A stretch of DNA of 64,000 bases, taken from the NCBI GenBank assembly GCA_016212165.1, contig JACRGY010000168.1, positions 66 to 64,065 on the forward strand, in the 5' to 3' direction. The stretch comes from Nitrospirota bacterium. GTDB lineage: Bacteria > Nitrospirota > Thermodesulfovibrionia > Thermodesulfovibrionales > UBA1546. Below the pieces are notes generated by a model that worked only from the letters and a program-made list of their open reading frames with translations, had not been told where the DNA came from and searched no databases. Shown one piece after another: positions 37,624 to 49,732 of this stretch. Numbering within the stretch: position 1 is the first letter of the stretch; each line of letters begins with the position of its first letter. The position numbers were made by a program, and so were the translations under genes.

Positions 37624-39189
37624 ATGAGAAACTTTATAGCAGATAAATTCTTTATTTACGGGCCCTCTGTCCTTTCAGGGGTTCTGCTCATTTTCTGTTT
37701 TCCAAAATTCGACTTTTTCCCTCTGGCATGGGTCGCCCTTACGCCTTTTTTGCTTTCCCTCCTGAATAAAAAGCCTGCCGAGGCATTTCGTGCTGGTTTT
37801 TTCATGGGCATCCCATATTTTTTCGGCACCCTGTACTGGATATACCATTCAATAAACCATTATGGCGGTATTCCGCTCATCCCCAGCCTTGCAATCGTCT
37901 TTCTTCTCTGTATGTATCTAAGCCTTTACACAGGAATATTTGCTGTACTTTTTTCCTGGAAGATAGCAACAACGCGGCTTCCGGCCCTTTTCCTTGCGCC
38001 TGTATTGTGGGTAACCCTTGAGTTTATCCGCTCATATGCACTCACCGGGTTCCCGTGGTCGAGCATTGGATATTCCCAATACAAATTTTTGCATGCAATT
38101 CAATTTGCCGACATTACAGGAATTTACGGCGTATCCTTTCTGGTCCTTTCTGTAAACGGCGTTCTCGCTGATTTTTTCATAATTAAAAGACGCCTTCGCA
38201 CTATGCCGTTGTTTTCGCTTTCGCATTCAATAACCGGTGTCCTGCTGCTTTCTGTTTTCATAGGCGCGGTCTTTGTCTACGGCCATTTGCGCCTTACCGA
38301 AACCCGCCCGGGGAAAGCAATCCGCGTAAGTATTATTCAGGGCAATATTGAGCAGGACAGGAAATGGGATATCGCCTACCAGCGCGAGGTCTTTGACACA
38401 TACAGGGATTTATCGCAAGCCGCTAATACCTTATTGCCTTCTTTAATCGTATGGCCGGAAACCGCAACGCCTTTTTATTTCAACTATGACAGGGCATTTA
38501 CCCAGGAATTAATTGACGCCCAGCAGACATTACAAACATATCTTTTATTCGGGAGCGTCCTTGTAAAAGAGCCTTCTGCACAAGCTAACAGAAACAGCCT
38601 GACAAACAGCGCCGTTCTTCTCGATCCTGCTGGAAAACCAACTTTTATTTATGATAAAATACATCTGGTTCCGTTTGGTGAATATGTTCCCCTGAGAAAA
38701 CTCCTGTTTTTCGTGGACAAGCTGGTTGCAGGAATAGGTGATTATGTGCCGGGTGAACATTACATCAGGGGCGAAACACCCCAGGGGAGCTTCGGTGTAT
38801 TCATATGTTATGAGATAGTCTTCCCCGGCCTTGTAAGGAAGTTTTATTCCAGGGGCGGAGACTTTATGGTAACAATAACAAATGATGCCTGGTTTGGAAA
38901 AACAGCAGGCCCATATCAGCATTTCAGCATTGCGGTATTCCGTGCTGTTGAAAACAGAAAGCCTTTGATAAGGGCTGCCAACACCGGGGTATCAGGCTTC
39001 ATTGACAGCAGAGGCATGATACTGGAAACAACGCCGTTATTCCGGAAAACTGTCATAACCGCAGACCTGATGACGGATAAGGCGCGCAGCGTGTATTCCA
39101 GATATGGCGACCTGTTTTCATATCTGTGTATTGTGGCAACAGTTTTGTTGTTAGTAAATTTTTCCCGGTCTACGACCAAATGGAGGTAA
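37624..39189 (+). CDS. lnt: Apolipoprotein N-acyltransferase
   Basis: Multi-TM N-terminal half plus CN-hydrolase domain (VWPETA, ICYE); 521 aa. Confidence 0.9.
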   Translation: MRNFIADKFFIYGPSVLSGVLLIFCFPKFDFFPLAWVALTPFLLSLLNKKPAEAFRAGFFMGIPYFFGTLYWIYHSINHYGGIPLIPSLAIVFLLCMYLSLYTGIFAVLFSWKIATTRLPALFLAPVLWVTLEFIRSYALTGFPWSSIGYSQYKFLHAIQFADITGIYGVSFLVLSVNGVLADFFIIKRRLRTMPLFSLSHSITGVLLLSVFIGAVFVYGHLRLTETRPGKAIRVSIIQGNIEQDRKWDIAYQREVFDTYRDLSQAANTLLPSLIVWPETATPFYFNYDRAFTQELIDAQQTLQTYLLFGSVLVKEPSAQANRNSLTNSAVLLDPAGKPTFIYDKIHLVPFGEYVPLRKLLFFVDKLVAGIGDYVPGEHYIRGETPQGSFGVFICYEIVFPGLVRKFYSRGGDFMVTITNDAWFGKTAGPYQHFSIAVFRAVENRKPLIRAANTGVSGFIDSRGMILETTPLFRKTVITADLMTDKARSVYSRYGDLFSYLCIVATVLLLVNFSRSTTKWR

Positions 39190-39190
39190 T

Positions 39191-40301
39191 ATGCTTCTTC
39201 AGGCTGAACTTAAAGAAGAACTCTCATTTTTAAGGGCAATGGCTGAGTCCCTTAGAGGTTATCTTTGATGTTGCAGTTCTTCAGAAAGAAATAGAGGATA
39301 TAAACCAAAAACTTTCTTCAGCAGCTGCCTGGGACTCGCCTCAAAAAATGCACACCCTGCAGAAAAGAAAGGCCTACCTCGAAGATATTCTTTTACCCTT
39401 TGAGGCTGCCTCTGATAAACTGGCTTACCTTGAAGAATCCATAAAGATACTCGACGAAGAAGGGGGAGATGTCTTTTTGAAGGAGATCCGGCAAGATACC
39501 AGAAACCTTCGCGAAGAACTCGAAAATCTGGAACTCAAACATCTCCTGTCAGAGGAGCTGGATAAAAACAATGCTATTATCTCTATCCATCCCGGAGCAG
39601 GCGGAACAGAGAGCCAGGATTGGGCAGAGATGTTAATGAGAATGTATCTCCGCTGGGCAGAGCAGCACAAATTTGACGCTCAGATTGTTGATCTTCAGCC
39701 TGGTGAAGAAGCTGGAATCAAGAGCGTGACCATAACAGTAAATGGGCCTTATGCTTATGGTTTTGTGAAGACAGAGGCTGGCGTGCACAGGCTTGTAAGG
39801 ATTTCTCCTTATGATGCAAATAAACGGCGGCACACTTCTTTTGCTGCTGTGCTTGTTTATCCGGAAATAGAAGAAGACATAAATATTGAAATAAAACCTG
39901 ATGAGATAAAGACTGATACCTTTAGGGCCTCCGGAGCAGGCGGGCAGCATGTAAATAAAACTTCATCTGCTGTCAGGTTGACCCACATACCTACAGGAAT
40001 TGTTATAACATGCCAAAACGAACGTTCACAGCATAAAAATAAGGCAACAGCCCTGAAGATCCTGAAGGCACGCCTTTTTGCTCTGTCACTGAAGGAGCAG
40101 GAGGCCAAGATTAAGGGAATAATTGGTGATAAAAAAGATATAGCGTGGGGCAGTCAGATAAGGTCTTATGTACTTCAGCCATATCGTCTTGTAAAGGACC
40201 ACAGAACAGGGTTGGAAATTGGTAATGTGGATTCCGTGCTTGACGGTAATATTGATAAATTTATAAAGGAATCTTTGAAAAACAGAAAAGGAAAGGTATA
40301 G
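39191..40301 (+). CDS. prfB: Peptide chain release factor 2, made by a programmed +1 frameshift (39191..39265 joined to 39267..40301)
   Basis: Frame-0 ORF MLLQAELKEELSFLRAMAESLRGYL ends at CTT TGA (39263..39268). The +1 frame continues into the track ORF, which has the SPY and GGQ (SGAGGQHVNKT) motifs. Confidence 0.9.
39254..39268 (+). promoter_or_regulatory. prfB autoregulatory +1 frameshift site
   Basis: Internal SD-like AGAGGT, a 3-nt spacer, then CTT TGA. Confidence 0.85.
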
Positions 40302-40592
40302 CCTCTGTTTCTTCTATAAGATATTAATATTTATAGTAGTAGTGATAGTTAGTGTTGATAAGTGTAAATCTTTGTTTGAGTGTAGATTTAAAACAGATTT
40401 TAGTGTTGATAAAATAAGTAATTTTAAGGTGATTTTTTAAACAAAATATACCGTTGAAAAAAAGAACAAAATATTAACCGATATACCAACAGGTTTCTTG
40501 CTTGTGTTTGCGTATATAAGATATAATATCTGACTACAACGGGGGACTTACTAACATCTGTTGGTAAGTTGTTAATAACTAAAAGGCAAAAA
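40302..40592. other. AT-rich prfB-dnaA spacer; candidate oriC / dnaA control region
   Basis: About 290 bp, very AT-rich. Two copies of TAGTGTTGATAA (40353..40361 and 40404..40412 = TGTTGATAA, one mismatch from the DnaA box TGTGGATAA). Lies upstream of dnaA-dnaN-gyrB. Confidence 0.4.
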
Positions 40593-41924
40593 ATGACAAT
40601 AGAAGAGATTTGGGACAAAAGTCTTTCCATAATAGAAGAGAAGGTTGGAAGCAATCTATTTGAATTATGGTTTAGGCCTATAAAACCGCTTCAGATAAAA
40701 GAACAGCAAGTGACCCTGGAGGTCCCAAACAGGTTCTTCAAGGAGTGGATAGAAGACTACTATCCCATTCTCGTAAATGAAGTGCTGGAGAAGCTTTTAG
40801 GTCATCCTGTAACTTTGAAATATAAGATATCAGAAAAAGAAGCTCCTGATATAAAAAGGATGGAGGCCAAACTTGAAAACAGAAAGACCAGGCTTGCAAG
40901 CAGAGGAATATACCTTAATCCAAAATATACATTCGAGAACTTTGTAAGCGGGCCCAGCAACCAGTTTGCTCAGGCAGCGGCAAAGGCTGTCTCAGACAGC
41001 CCTGGCAAGGTTTATAACCCTTTGTTTGTTTATGGAGGCGTTGGATTAGGGAAGACACATTTAATAAGTGCGATAGGCAACAATGTTATAGACAGCAAGC
41101 ACGATTACAATGTGCTTTATGTGTCCTCAGAGCAATTTACAAATGAGGTTGTATCTGCAATAAGGCACGGAAAGACCGAGGAGCTGAAAAAAAGATACAG
41201 AAATGTTGACCTGCTGCTCATAGACGATATCCAGTTTGTGGAAAACAAGGTACAGACACAGGAAGAACTGTTCTATACAATTAATACGCTTTACGAGAAA
41301 CAGCGGCAGATAGTTATCTCCAGCGACAGGCCGCCCAAAGAGATAAAGTCTGTTACAGACAGGCTGCGGTCGCGTTTCAGTATGGGGCTTATTGCTGACA
41401 TACAGGCGCCGGAATTCGAGACCAGGGTTGCGATTATCCACAAGAAAGCGGCAATGGAAAGGATAAGCCTGAAAGAAGAAGTTGTCAATTTTATTGCATC
41501 TAAAATAAAGACAAATATCAGGGAGCTTGAAGGAGGCCTGATCAGGCTCGGGGCACAGGCAGCGCTGACAGGCAGCCCGATAGATGTAAGCATGGCAAAA
41601 AATGTTCTGAAGGATTTTATTCAGGATGATGAAAAGCCAATAACTGTGGAACATATACTGAAAACTGTCTGTGAATATTTTGGCCTGAAAATGCAGGACA
41701 TAAAGGCCAGAAAGAGGACGAAAGAAGTGGCGTTGCCGCGGCAGATAGCAATGTATTTAAGCAAGCAGCTTACAGGAGGTTCTCTGAGCGATATAGGCAA
41801 AAACATGGGAGGCAAAGACCACGCAACCGTTATCTATGCCTGTAAGCAGGTAGAGGATAAAAAATCAAAAGACGAGAATTTTAACAGGATGATAGAGACC
41901 CTGTTGCATAAAATAAAACCTTAA
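40593..41924 (+). CDS. dnaA: Chromosomal replication initiator DnaA
   Basis: GGVGLGKTHL Walker A, LLIDDIQF, and a domain IV ending ..DHATVIYACKQV. Confidence 0.95.
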   Translation: MTIEEIWDKSLSIIEEKVGSNLFELWFRPIKPLQIKEQQVTLEVPNRFFKEWIEDYYPILVNEVLEKLLGHPVTLKYKISEKEAPDIKRMEAKLENRKTRLASRGIYLNPKYTFENFVSGPSNQFAQAAAKAVSDSPGKVYNPLFVYGGVGLGKTHLISAIGNNVIDSKHDYNVLYVSSEQFTNEVVSAIRHGKTEELKKRYRNVDLLLIDDIQFVENKVQTQEELFYTINTLYEKQRQIVISSDRPPKEIKSVTDRLRSRFSMGLIADIQAPEFETRVAIIHKKAAMERISLKEEVVNFIASKIKTNIRELEGGLIRLGAQAALTGSPIDVSMAKNVLKDFIQDDEKPITVEHILKTVCEYFGLKMQDIKARKRTKEVALPRQIAMYLSKQLTGGSLSDIGKNMGGKDHATVIYACKQVEDKKSKDENFNRMIETLLHKIKP

Positions 41925-41937
41925 TTTAGGAGGGGAC

Positions 41938-43041
41938 ATGAAGCTGAGCGTATCTAAGGAAGAACTGCAGGAAAAACTTTCGAATATCCAGAACATCGTC
42001 GAAAAAAGGAATACGATGCCGGTATTGAGCCACTTTCTTTTAGATGCAGGTAAAAAGAAGTCGTATATAATTGCTACAGACCTTGAGACAGCAATAAAAG
42101 AACCTCTTGATATAAAAGTTGAAAAAGAAGGGAAGCTCTGCATCCCTGCAAGGAAGATGTTCGAGATAGTGAGAGAGGTGGACGGAGACATAACAATGGA
42201 ATCTGAGGACGGGCAGTGGCTCAAGGTTCGCGCAGGAATGAGTAAATTCAAACTGGCCTGCCTTTCAGCAGCCGAGTTTCCTGCCTGGCCGGGCATGGAA
42301 AATGTGGAAGAGATGCAGATGGATACAAAAAATCTCGTAGATATGATAGAGAAAAGCCTTTATGCGGCAGGAGAAAGCGATACAAGGTATACCCTTAACG
42401 GCCTTTTGTTTCATGCAAGGCAGGGCAGCGGAGAAATAAATGTTATTGGCACAGACGGCCACAGGCTGGCCTGTATAAGCAGGAAGATAGATACCCCTTT
42501 AAAAGAAGAGAAAAAGGTCATAGTTCCCAGAAAGGCAGCGGCAGAGGTAAGGAAATTTCTTGACAGGGACATTGATAAACTGACAATAGTTATAGGGAAA
42601 AGCCATGTGATGTTCAAGATAGAAGACGTGCAGTTTTTGACAAGGCTTATAGAAGGCACATATCCAAACTATGAACAGGTAATTCCCTCGGGCAATGAAA
42701 AGAAGATAGCAATCAATAAGGAAGAGTTTGTAAAAGCGCTTAGGAGGGTCTCTGTGATGAGCAGGGAAAAAAGCAATGCCATAAAAGCAGATTTTGCTGA
42801 CGGGGCTCTGGCAGTTTCAGCTTCAAACCCTGACCTCGGGGAGGCAAAGGATGAGGTCAAAATAGAATATAAAGGCGAGCCGCTTTCTTTGGGTTTTAAT
42901 GCAAAGTATCTGCTGGATGCCCTGAATGCCATGTCCGGAGACAGGATTGTCTTTGAACTTCAGGACCCATTGAGCCCTACGCTTTTAAAAGAAGAAGGCA
43001 ATGATAACTATAAATGCGTGATAATGCCGATGAGAGTATAA
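41938..43041 (+). CDS. dnaN: DNA polymerase III beta sliding clamp
   Basis: 367 aa, ..LIEGTYPNYEQVIP.. motif, position after dnaA. Confidence 0.95.
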   Translation: MKLSVSKEELQEKLSNIQNIVEKRNTMPVLSHFLLDAGKKKSYIIATDLETAIKEPLDIKVEKEGKLCIPARKMFEIVREVDGDITMESEDGQWLKVRAGMSKFKLACLSAAEFPAWPGMENVEEMQMDTKNLVDMIEKSLYAAGESDTRYTLNGLLFHARQGSGEINVIGTDGHRLACISRKIDTPLKEEKKVIVPRKAAAEVRKFLDRDIDKLTIVIGKSHVMFKIEDVQFLTRLIEGTYPNYEQVIPSGNEKKIAINKEEFVKALRRVSVMSREKSNAIKADFADGALAVSASNPDLGEAKDEVKIEYKGEPLSLGFNAKYLLDALNAMSGDRIVFELQDPLSPTLLKEEGNDNYKCVIMPMRV

Positions 43042-43068
43042 GAGTAATAAGTCGTATAGGACTTATAA

Positions 43069-45525
<2,457 letters not shown>

Positions 45526-45550
45526 AAAGTCTTTTACATACAACACAAGC

Positions 45551-46156
45551 TCACGTATACGCTGATTTGTCGCCTATATCGTAATGTATGGGCATTGATA
45601 CCTTCCTGAGGGTGAAAAAAAGAAGCAGCGCTGCTATTAATATAAGGCCATAGGAAGCGCCTTTAAGCGGCATATTTCCGGTAGATAATGATAAAAGGTA
45701 AACAGGCATTATTATTGCCAAAAGATAGCCTTCCATTAATTTAAAACAAAAAGCCTCTTTTGCAGTGATAAACCCCAGGCAGAGTGATAAAGGAATAAGA
45801 AGCATCGGGCCGTAGGGTTTATTAATCAAAACCCCCAAAACATTCCCGCGTCCAACAGCAAAAAGTATTATAAGACAGGCTATGGAGGCAAAATATAGCT
45901 TTATTAATCCCTTTTTAAATTTGCTCACATAAAGATGTATAAAAAATACACTCATGCCAACAGATATATAAAGAGAGCCGAGCAATAGGTTTATTTTAGC
46001 GCTGATACCTGCGTTGTCCTGATACTGAGATGAACTGAACAGCATATAGGCAGCGGTTGAAATTATTATTGCTGAAAGAATTATTCCAATCCTGTAAAGC
46101 ACAACTGTAACCTTATCCTCTTTTGTTAAAGGCTGGTATAGATGCTGTTCTCCCAT
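45551..46156 (-). CDS. Integral membrane protein, unknown function
   Basis: 201 aa, about 6 hydrophobic helices. Confidence 0.5.
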   Translation of the reverse strand: MGEQHLYQPLTKEDKVTVVLYRIGIILSAIIISTAAYMLFSSSQYQDNAGISAKINLLLGSLYISVGMSVFFIHLYVSKFKKGLIKLYFASIACLIILFAVGRGNVLGVLINKPYGPMLLIPLSLCLGFITAKEAFCFKLMEGYLLAIIMPVYLLSLSTGNMPLKGASYGLILIAALLLFFTLRKVSMPIHYDIGDKSAYT

Positions 46157-46504
46157 GGGTTTTATGATAACAAATCCAAATCATTTAAGGAAACCATTAT
46201 CCAGCAAGGCTCTGCGCTGCCTTGATGATACTCGCTTTTACAAAAGCCTATGATTTGTCTGCAACATATTGATGTTAATATAATTTTGGCCTGCTTAAAA
46301 AACATGCAGTATGGAACAAACAACGTGTTTCAAGGGCTTGCAAAAGCTTTTAACTGAACTTCTTAACAAGTTATTAACCTGATATTTATAATTTAGCCTT
46401 GCTCATAATTTTGAGTTCGCGAATAGATTTTTTTAAAAAGAATGAGTGGCAAATCTATGACAGAAATCATGTTATGAAAACAAATAATATTTTAAACTGT
46501 TTTT

Positions 46505-46744
46505 ATGAATCTAAAAATATTCGTCATATTCATGTCAGCGCTAGTGATGTTTTCTGGACAGTCCTCCTATGCCTTTGGATGCAATGTATGCCACAGCAAA
46601 AATCCAAAGATGTTAAAGATGCATAAAGAGCTTGAATACAAGGACTGTTTCAACTGCCACGGCCCAAAGGCAGGGAAACCGATTGAAGAAAGGAAAAGAT
46701 ACAGGGAGACGGATATCGTCTGCAACAGGTGTCATAAAAAATAA
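46505..46744 (+). CDS. Small periplasmic triheme c-type cytochrome
   Basis: Signal peptide plus three CxxCH motifs (CNVCH, CFNCH, CNRCH) in a mature chain of about 56 aa. Confidence 0.75.
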   Translation: MNLKIFVIFMSALVMFSGQSSYAFGCNVCHSKNPKMLKMHKELEYKDCFNCHGPKAGKPIEERKRYRETDIVCNRCHKK

Positions 46745-46819
46745 TCTCTATCCCCATTTCAAATACAAGGCCCCTGTGCTATTATAATTTTAAAATAAAA
46801 ATAAGTGAGGGAGGGTTTT

Positions 46820-47050
46820 ATGAAAAAGTTTATTGTTGTGCTCGCTGCTGCTTTGTCCCTGGTTTCTCTGCCTGCATTGGCTGCGAAGAAACCCTGTGAT
46901 GAGCTAAAGGCTGAGATAGCTGCGAAGCTGGATGCAAAAGGAGTTAAAGGTTACACGCTTGAAATTGTTGCTCCTGAAAATGTTAAAGATGCAAAGGTCG
47001 TTGGAACCTGCGACGGCAATACAAAGAGAATAATTTATAAGCGCAACTAA
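46820..47050 (+). CDS. DUF1161-like small periplasmic protein
   Basis: Signal peptide, then PCDELKAEIAAKLDAKGVKGYTLEIV...VVGTCDGNTKRIIY. Confidence 0.55.
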   Translation: MKKFIVVLAAALSLVSLPALAAKKPCDELKAEIAAKLDAKGVKGYTLEIVAPENVKDAKVVGTCDGNTKRIIYKRN

Positions 47051-47055
47051 GCGGC

Positions 47056-48279
47056 TTAAGCGCTGTTTCTGAAATTCTTTTCCCTTCTGATAAGGTCATT
47101 CGGCCTGACGCCTTTGGGAACAGGGATAAAAATAATGTCTCCATTACGGGCTGAACTGATTACTGCGCCCTCGATATCTTTAATCGAATCTATAGCAAAA
47201 AGTTTTCCTTCAAGTCCCGGAGTTAGGTATTCAATCCTGTCACCTGCATCTACCCTGTTCCTTAATCCAACCTTTGCAAAGCCGTTATTTACCTCAAGAA
47301 CAACTCCAACAAGCTCATGGCTCATCCTGTAACTTTCGCCGTCAAAATTATAATCAGCGTCAGGCTGTTTTCCAAAGAACATCCCTGTTGTATATCCCCT
47401 GCTTGAAAACATCGAAAGCTCTTTGAGCCATCTTTGATTTACCTTATATTCCTTTTTATCATCAAGAGAATCTATTGCCTCACGATAAACCTTCACAACC
47501 CCTGCAACATAATTTATCCCTTTCATCCTGCCTTCAATCTTAAAACTGTCTATCCCTGCTTCAACTAACACGGGCAGATGCTCTATCATGCAGAGGTCCC
47601 TGGAGCTCATGAGATATGTTCCCCTGTCATCTTCAAAAACCGGGAAATGCTCACCCTGCCTTTTTTCTTCCATTAATGTATAGTTCCACCTGCATGAGTT
47701 CGTGCACTCGCCTGTATTTCCGCTTCTTTGAGCGAGGAAACTGCTTATGTAGCAACGTCCTGAATATGATATGCATATCGAGCCATGGACAAACACCTCA
47801 AGTTCGATCTTTGTTTTTTTTCTTATCTCTTTTATCTCATCTACTGAAAGCTCTCTTGCAAGAACAAGCCTTTTTGCGCCAAGACTCTCCCAGAATTTAG
47901 CTGATTCTGCATTTGTTATATTTGCCTGAGTGCTTATGTGGATATTTATTTCAGGCGCTTTTTTCCTGAACATGGCAAATATGCCGGGGTCAGAAAGAAT
48001 GACGGCATCAGGCCTTATATCATTCAGGAATTCTATATGCTTTTCTATATCAGAAATATCTCTGTTATGGGGAAAAATATTGACTGTAACGTATACTTTT
48101 TTGTCATGCTCATGGCTATAATTAACAGCTTCTCTTAATTCGTCAGGGTTAAAATTACCTGCCTTGCCCCTGAGGCTGAACCGTGAATCTCCAATATAAA
48201 CAGCATCCGCTCCGTAGTGGATTGCGGTCTTTAGTTTTTCAAAGTCTCCAGCTGGTGCCAGCAATTCTGGTTTTTTCAT
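47056..48279 (-). CDS. Peptidase U32 family protein
   Basis: MKKPELLAPAGDFEKLKTAIHYGADAVYIG start and an E.FVHGSICISYSGRCYIS cysteine motif. Confidence 0.85.
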   Translation of the reverse strand: MKKPELLAPAGDFEKLKTAIHYGADAVYIGDSRFSLRGKAGNFNPDELREAVNYSHEHDKKVYVTVNIFPHNRDISDIEKHIEFLNDIRPDAVILSDPGIFAMFRKKAPEINIHISTQANITNAESAKFWESLGAKRLVLARELSVDEIKEIRKKTKIELEVFVHGSICISYSGRCYISSFLAQRSGNTGECTNSCRWNYTLMEEKRQGEHFPVFEDDRGTYLMSSRDLCMIEHLPVLVEAGIDSFKIEGRMKGINYVAGVVKVYREAIDSLDDKKEYKVNQRWLKELSMFSSRGYTTGMFFGKQPDADYNFDGESYRMSHELVGVVLEVNNGFAKVGLRNRVDAGDRIEYLTPGLEGKLFAIDSIKDIEGAVISSARNGDIIFIPVPKGVRPNDLIRREKNFRNSA

Positions 48280-48306
48280 ATTGTCCTTAAAATTAAAAAC
48301 TAATAA

Positions 48307-48456
48307 AGAGATGTGATGGCACCATCGCTCATTCTCGGGCTAACGCCCTCCGAGGAATTTTGCCTCTATCCCCCTTAAATTCCCCCCTTGATAAGGGGGG
48401 ACAGAGAGGGGTGGACTATCGGCAAAATAAAACCGCTCCAATACCATCACATCTCT
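48307..48456 (-). repeat. Family A element, copy A5
   Basis: Outer stem AGAGATGTGATGG/CCATCACATCTCT, inner GGGC/GCCC hairpin, central CCCCCCTTGATAAGGGGGG. Confidence 0.8.
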
Positions 48457-48484
48457 TTTCACGGAAAAATAAGTCAGCCCTGAC

Positions 48485-49501
48485 TTATAGCCTCTTTAAA
48501 ATATCGTTCGCTTTTTTTATATCTTTCTTAATCTGTGTTTCAAGAGCTTTCACATTCGGAAACTTTTTTTCATCACGTATGCGCTTTATCAAAGCCACCC
48601 TGAGTTTTTTGCCGAGAAGATTCCCTGAGAAATCAAAAAGATGAACTTCATAGCTTATATTTTTTGCATTAAATGTCGGATTGTTGCCGATATTAGCAAC
48701 GCCTTTGTATACTTTATCTTTTAGGCTGACCTTCACTGCATAAACTCCCTCTTTTGGGGAAAGGCCTGAGAACGCGATGTTAGCAGTCGGGGTATGAAGC
48801 AGTTTCCCTCCTCTTCCGGCGCCCTTAATAACTCTTCCTTCAATCGAATACGGCGCCCCTAAAAGCTTTCCGGCTTCATGCACCTTACCCTCTGACAGGA
48901 AGCTCTTGACCTTTGCTTCTTCCGAAAGTTTCTTATAGATTGCCTTTACCTGTGCCTTGGTTTTTTCTAATGTTCCACTATTATTTATTTTAAAATCCGC
49001 TTTTTTGATTTTTGTTTTTATCGAGAGCTGGCAGCTTAACCGCTGTTTTGCCTGCTTCGGTGTTATCCCATGCAGGCCAAGCCTTTTTATCGCGGTTTTT
49101 TCATCCGTAAATACTGTTATCATCCTGTCAAACCTGTTTTCATGCCCTCTCTCAAAAATCAATGTCGCCTCAACAATAAAAATTTTATTCCCATCCTTCG
49201 AAGCTCTTATCAAATTATTGATTCGCTCAAAAACCAGAGGATGAAGAAGGTTTTCGAGCTTAAGCCTGAGGGATTTATTTTTAAAGATTTTTTCCGCTAC
49301 TTTTTTCTTGTCAAGATTTCCTTTTCTGTCAAATACACCTGCACCCAAAAGCGCTTTTATCTTCTTAGGCGTTTCTTTTTCCAATAGCAGGATTTTAATA
49401 ACCAAGTCCGCATCAATAGTGATTGCTCCCAATTCCCTGAACATCGAAAGCACAGCGCTCTTCCCCATGCCGTAATTTCCTGTTAATCCTGCAACGAACA
49501 T
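48485..49501 (-). CDS. coaE: Fusion protein: dephospho-CoA kinase (N) plus riboflavin kinase domain (C)
   Basis: N-terminal GLTGNYGMGKS..IDAD..HP.V..E..LIFE. The C-terminal ~125 aa carry GGKLLHTPTANI, EGVYAV, GVANIGNNPTF and EVHLFDFSGNLLGKKLRVALIKRIRDEKKF. Confidence 0.75.
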   Translation of the reverse strand: MFVAGLTGNYGMGKSAVLSMFRELGAITIDADLVIKILLLEKETPKKIKALLGAGVFDRKGNLDKKKVAEKIFKNKSLRLKLENLLHPLVFERINNLIRASKDGNKIFIVEATLIFERGHENRFDRMITVFTDEKTAIKRLGLHGITPKQAKQRLSCQLSIKTKIKKADFKINNSGTLEKTKAQVKAIYKKLSEEAKVKSFLSEGKVHEAGKLLGAPYSIEGRVIKGAGRGGKLLHTPTANIAFSGLSPKEGVYAVKVSLKDKVYKGVANIGNNPTFNAKNISYEVHLFDFSGNLLGKKLRVALIKRIRDEKKFPNVKALETQIKKDIKKANDILKRL

Positions 49502-49542
49502 AAGATATTATACATTAGAAGGGGAGCATGGAAATGGCTTGT

Positions 49543-49636
49543 TTGTCACTCCGACTTGTTCGGAGTCCTTCTTCGGAAAGATGCTGGACATTCATCCTTC
49601 GCAGTAAAGCTACGGAGAATGGAAGCCAGCATGACA
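49543..49636. repeat. Family B hairpin elements
   Basis: ACTCCGA-CTTGT-TCGGAGT, and ATGCTGG...CCAGCAT enclosing a second imperfect hairpin, ending ..GCATGACA. Confidence 0.55.
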
Positions 49637-49732
49637 ACATAGGGGGTATTTTCGGGTCAATGACGAATTTGAGTCTGTTGATTTACAGAAAAGAGTAATG
49701 TGTCAGACAAGCGGTTTCAGTTTGATTTTTAG

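Noticed and set aside
40330-40370. Heptamer (STRR-like) periodicity in TAGTAGTAGTGATAGTTAGTGTTGATAAG
   Set aside because: The best register is about 6 nt for three units and then decays. It is not consistent with the period-7 arrays elsewhere.
46270-46300. Sigma-54 type promoter (TGGCCTGCTTAAAA) upstream of the cytochrome gene
   Set aside because: The -12 TTGC element is not at the required spacing from the GG.
46399-46626. Track ORF 46399..46626 overlapping the cytochrome gene
   Set aside because: It is in a different frame from the CxxCH-bearing ORF and has no signal peptide or motifs. The cytochrome frame explains the region.
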